From Massalongia carnosa (lineage: Eukaryota): a stretch of 64,000 nucleotides of DNA. Location of the stretch: NCBI GenBank assembly GCA_965645245.1, contig OZ287088.1:620001-684000 (forward strand). Reading direction: 5' to 3'. The position numbers and the translations under genes are program-made. The notes beneath the pieces are model-generated. The model was given only the letters and a program-made list of their open reading frames with translations, did no database searches and had not been told where the DNA came from. Every line of letters starts with the position of its first letter. Position 1 is the first letter of the stretch. Of this stretch, positions 61,038 through 64,000 are shown one piece after another.

Positions 61038-62407
61038 ACGGTGTTCTAGATCTGAGGAGGTGTGTCAAATTATAGGATAACTAATCCTAAACATCAGTGG
61101 TAATTCAGGATGATATATCCGAAGGGTTATTCCGGCCCGACTAGACACGTGGCCTCCCCCCTTAGATAGATTCCCACTTTTCCACATCCTCCACAATACA
61201 ATAAACATCTACCCAATTCCCTGATTATGCCTTTTGACCCTTATATATTTAACAGATGCCTCCTGACGTTTATCTAGATCATTTCGTAAAATTGCACGCT
61301 CTTCTCACTAAGCTAACAGTTTATCCGTCTTTGTGGTACTCTTTTTGCTTCTGTCTTTGCCTCCAGCGACAGCGTTAGCAACAATAAAAGCATCAGCAGA
61401 TTCATTTCGAGAATTATTAACTGGAGCGTTATCAACAGCTGAATTGATCGTCAATGGAACGATTCCATAGCTTTTACGGGCAAAATAATAGAGATATTCT
61501 ATACTCTGTCCTCTTTTGTTATCATGATTAAGCTGACGAAGAATGTCTTCTACGTTTGCCTATGTTTGATAGGCTGAATGTTTGAGCAAGGAAGAATTAC
61601 GTTTTTCATCCTTTTTAATAGACTTCCAAAAGATAGTAGATGTAGCAGACATTCTATGACAAGATCAGCCCTTATTATCGGCATGAGTGCTAGCTAACGC
61701 TTCCTATTAATTATGCAGAGAAAGAAGATTGATCCTCCAAGTTCTATCTACCGTTGCCGCCTTTACTTCGCTTTCTATCTTTTCCGCTTCAAATATTGTC
61801 TTTGTCACTAGAGTAAACAAAACAGGCTCGGGCTCAGGCTCAGGCTCAGGCTCAGGTTCACGAGCACTAGATAACTAAGAAAGTCAAGGAGAAGGCGCAC
61901 TATTGCGAGTCGGACGAAAATTCCTTGGCTCGGGAAAGAGGAGACGAGGAGAATGTAAAGGTAGACGTGCTAGAAGATCAGGAATACGAGCATTTAAAAC
62001 TAGTGATAATAATCTAGGAGGATTGATTCTAAGTCTTTGCTTAGATGGAGATGCTGAGTTCCGATGTAATTTAGTAGTAGATACCCGTTTTCTGAGTTGT
62101 TTGGAGGGCTGTTTGGGGGGCTGTTTTGGAGGCTGTATTGGAGGCTGTTTTCGAGCAGGACTGGAATAACTACGTTAAAAGTTGATACGACTGCAAAAGG
62201 CAGTATAAAGAGGAGAGCCATTAGCTACTGTACTAAATTATGGTATGTGGTCCAATTCTCTCGCTTTATTTTTTTTTACCGCGCAGTTTCGTGGTTCAAA
62301 GTTCGGCAAACCAATTTGCAAACGGGTATAAATGACTCAGACGTTCTTTTCGGCAAGTGCTTCCGTTGACGCGATATAAACGAGGATATCACTGTCGTTG
62401 ATGCGGA

Positions 62408-62555
62408 TACGCCGCGCAACGGGTTGGGTATTCGCCACAAAATTGCTCGCCACCGGGTTTTTCTCTGAAAATTCAACGCGGACAACAAAAATCATAGGGT
62501 TCGCCACAAACGGGTTGGGTTTTCAGTAGAGAAACCCGACCCGTTGCGCGGCGCA
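62408..62555. mobile_element. 148-bp hAT-type MITE
   Basis: TIR tacgccgcgcaacggg / cccgttgcgcggcgca. Perfect 8-bp TSD gatgcgga at 62400-62407 and 62556-62563. Confidence 0.85.
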
Positions 62556-62728
62556 GATGCGGAGTATATTTCTCATGACGTAGAATGAGATGAAAGTTTT
62601 GCCAGCGATTGAACCTCCGCCGAGTCGGATTCAAAAAATTCGAATCCGATCCGTTCCGACTCGGACCTGGAATCAGAGGTCAAAAACCCGGATCCGATCC
62701 GATTCCTTTGGGGTACCTTAACTGTGAT

Positions 62729-63144
62729 TACGCCGCGCAACGGGTTGGTTTAAACCCGTCGGATTTTACCCAGCCCGTCGGGTTTGGGTCGGGTTCGGGT
62801 TTTTTATGCGCGTTTCCGGGTTAAACCGTTCAACCCGGGCAGTTTTTCCTGCAAATTAAATATAAAAATTCGACAAAAATATGACGTTTAAAGTGATAAA
62901 TTTTTCGCTTACTAATCATCATTTCTTGATGACTAATTTTCAGAATTTTCAAATGTGATTAAAACGTCTACGAAACACGTTTAAAATTGACATAAAAAAT
63001 CGACCGGGTCGAACTAGTCAAACGGGTTAACCCAGGAACGGTTCCCTAACCCAACGGGTTGAGCCCTACAGGCTCACCAACTCGGTAGCGGGTCGGGTTC
63101 GACTAGTCAAAAACCCGACCTAACCCGACCCGTTGCGCGGCGTA
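62729..63144. mobile_element. 416-bp MITE with the same TIRs and many cgggtt/aacccg subterminal repeats
   Basis: TIR tacgccgcgcaacggg / cccgttgcgcggcgta. Imperfect TSD actgtgat/actgtagt. Confidence 0.8.
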
Positions 63145-64000
63145 ACTGTAGTCGTGGGGTAGTGGAGGGAGAATTGATCACCTTGGTATATAATAAAAAT
63201 ATTTGGAAGGGATAGTTTATTTTTCTACTATCTGCAGGGATTTTACCTGAACTCCTAAAATGTAAGCTAGCCTAATTAGGTAATCGCAGTCAACAACTGC
63301 CTGACCACAATCTAGTTGCGCTAACATAGGCTAACATCAACATTGAGGACACAAATCGTTGATTCTGCAGAACAGTCTCAAGTTGCACTTCTTGATTTAT
63401 ATTCGTTGATATATTCTCGATTTGCTCTCTAGAGTTAGAAATTTTAGTGTTCCCCTCCCAACGAATGAAAATCGGGGGATCACCATCAGCGAATTTCAGA
63501 TATAGACCAAGGTGGGGCAAAATAGTAGGGGGGGGGTTGGGGGAGGGATAATTCGGAATAGAATGTCAAGAATTGCCCGATCAAGAAACGAACGAGAATC
63601 AATCGATACTGAATCCTACCGATGTGCAAATTTTTCCATCCCGACCGTTATTTTCATTAGATTTAATCCTATACGTTTATGGAATTTTAAAATCTATTGT
63701 GAGAAATTTTTATTCTGAAGGATTTGAACACGAGCCAGCACGCAGCTCGCTTCGCTCGCGGAGTGGGTGATTAGATGTAAGACGTATGCTTCTACTCAGA
63801 GGGCGTATTGGTCACGTGAAGGGGGTGTCTCAATAATGTATGTTATTGATCTATGCCCTTAGAATAAGGTGGGCATCGACCTCTATATCCTACAGACGTG
63901 TCTCCCCCTAAGACTCCCTTATCGGATAGCCCCCAGCTATCTGATTGGTCTGAATGGCTCCCGGCCCCTTTGGGCGGTTATTGCCATCCGACATGGGTTT

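Larger units (their letters stand above)
51223..61254 (+). mobile_element. Ty1/Copia LTR retrotransposon, defective, with its 5' LTR split by a MULE
   Basis: 192-bp TG…CA LTRs (51223-51411 plus 56045-56047; 61063-61254) with 5 differences seen. PBS-like gttataagccc at 56048 and a purine tract before 61063. Domain order gag-PR-IN-RT-RH. Confidence 0.95.

Noticed and set aside
62600..63150. CRISPR-like or iteron array
   Set aside because: Irregular short motifs within TIR-bounded MITEs, with no constant repeat-spacer period and a eukaryotic context.
63776..64000. Possible start of another LTR (tgtaagacg…)
   Set aside because: It runs off the window with no partner LTR or TSD to confirm it.

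Overview
This is a gene-free, transposon-only window from a eukaryote. It is most consistent with a RIP-deficient ascomycete such as a powdery mildew (inference). Positions 1-47171 are a nest of about 20 pieces of two sister Tad-like non-LTR retrotransposon families, inserted into each other with 12-15 bp target-site duplications (TSDs). I call them A (ORF1 MFNPVLPRT...) and B (ORF1 MFNAVMNRR...). Both have a gag-like CCHC ORF1, a TAATG stop-start into an APE-RT-RNaseH-CCHC ORF2, and a (TA)n-punctuated A tail. Both carry a ~900-nt, essentially AUG-free leader whose hairpins show compensatory changes between A and B, a candidate undescribed structured RNA. A TSD split between 15892 and 39136 indicates that the 31.6-39.1 kb segment has been inverted between two ~5 kb inverted duplicates. 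Beyond a sharp boundary at 47171 lie a Fot1/pogo transposon containing a solo LTR and an older LINE. These are followed by a Copia whose 5' LTR holds a MULE, whose TIR in turn holds a Tigger/CENP-B-like pogo, and then hAT-type MITEs. All alignments were done by eye.
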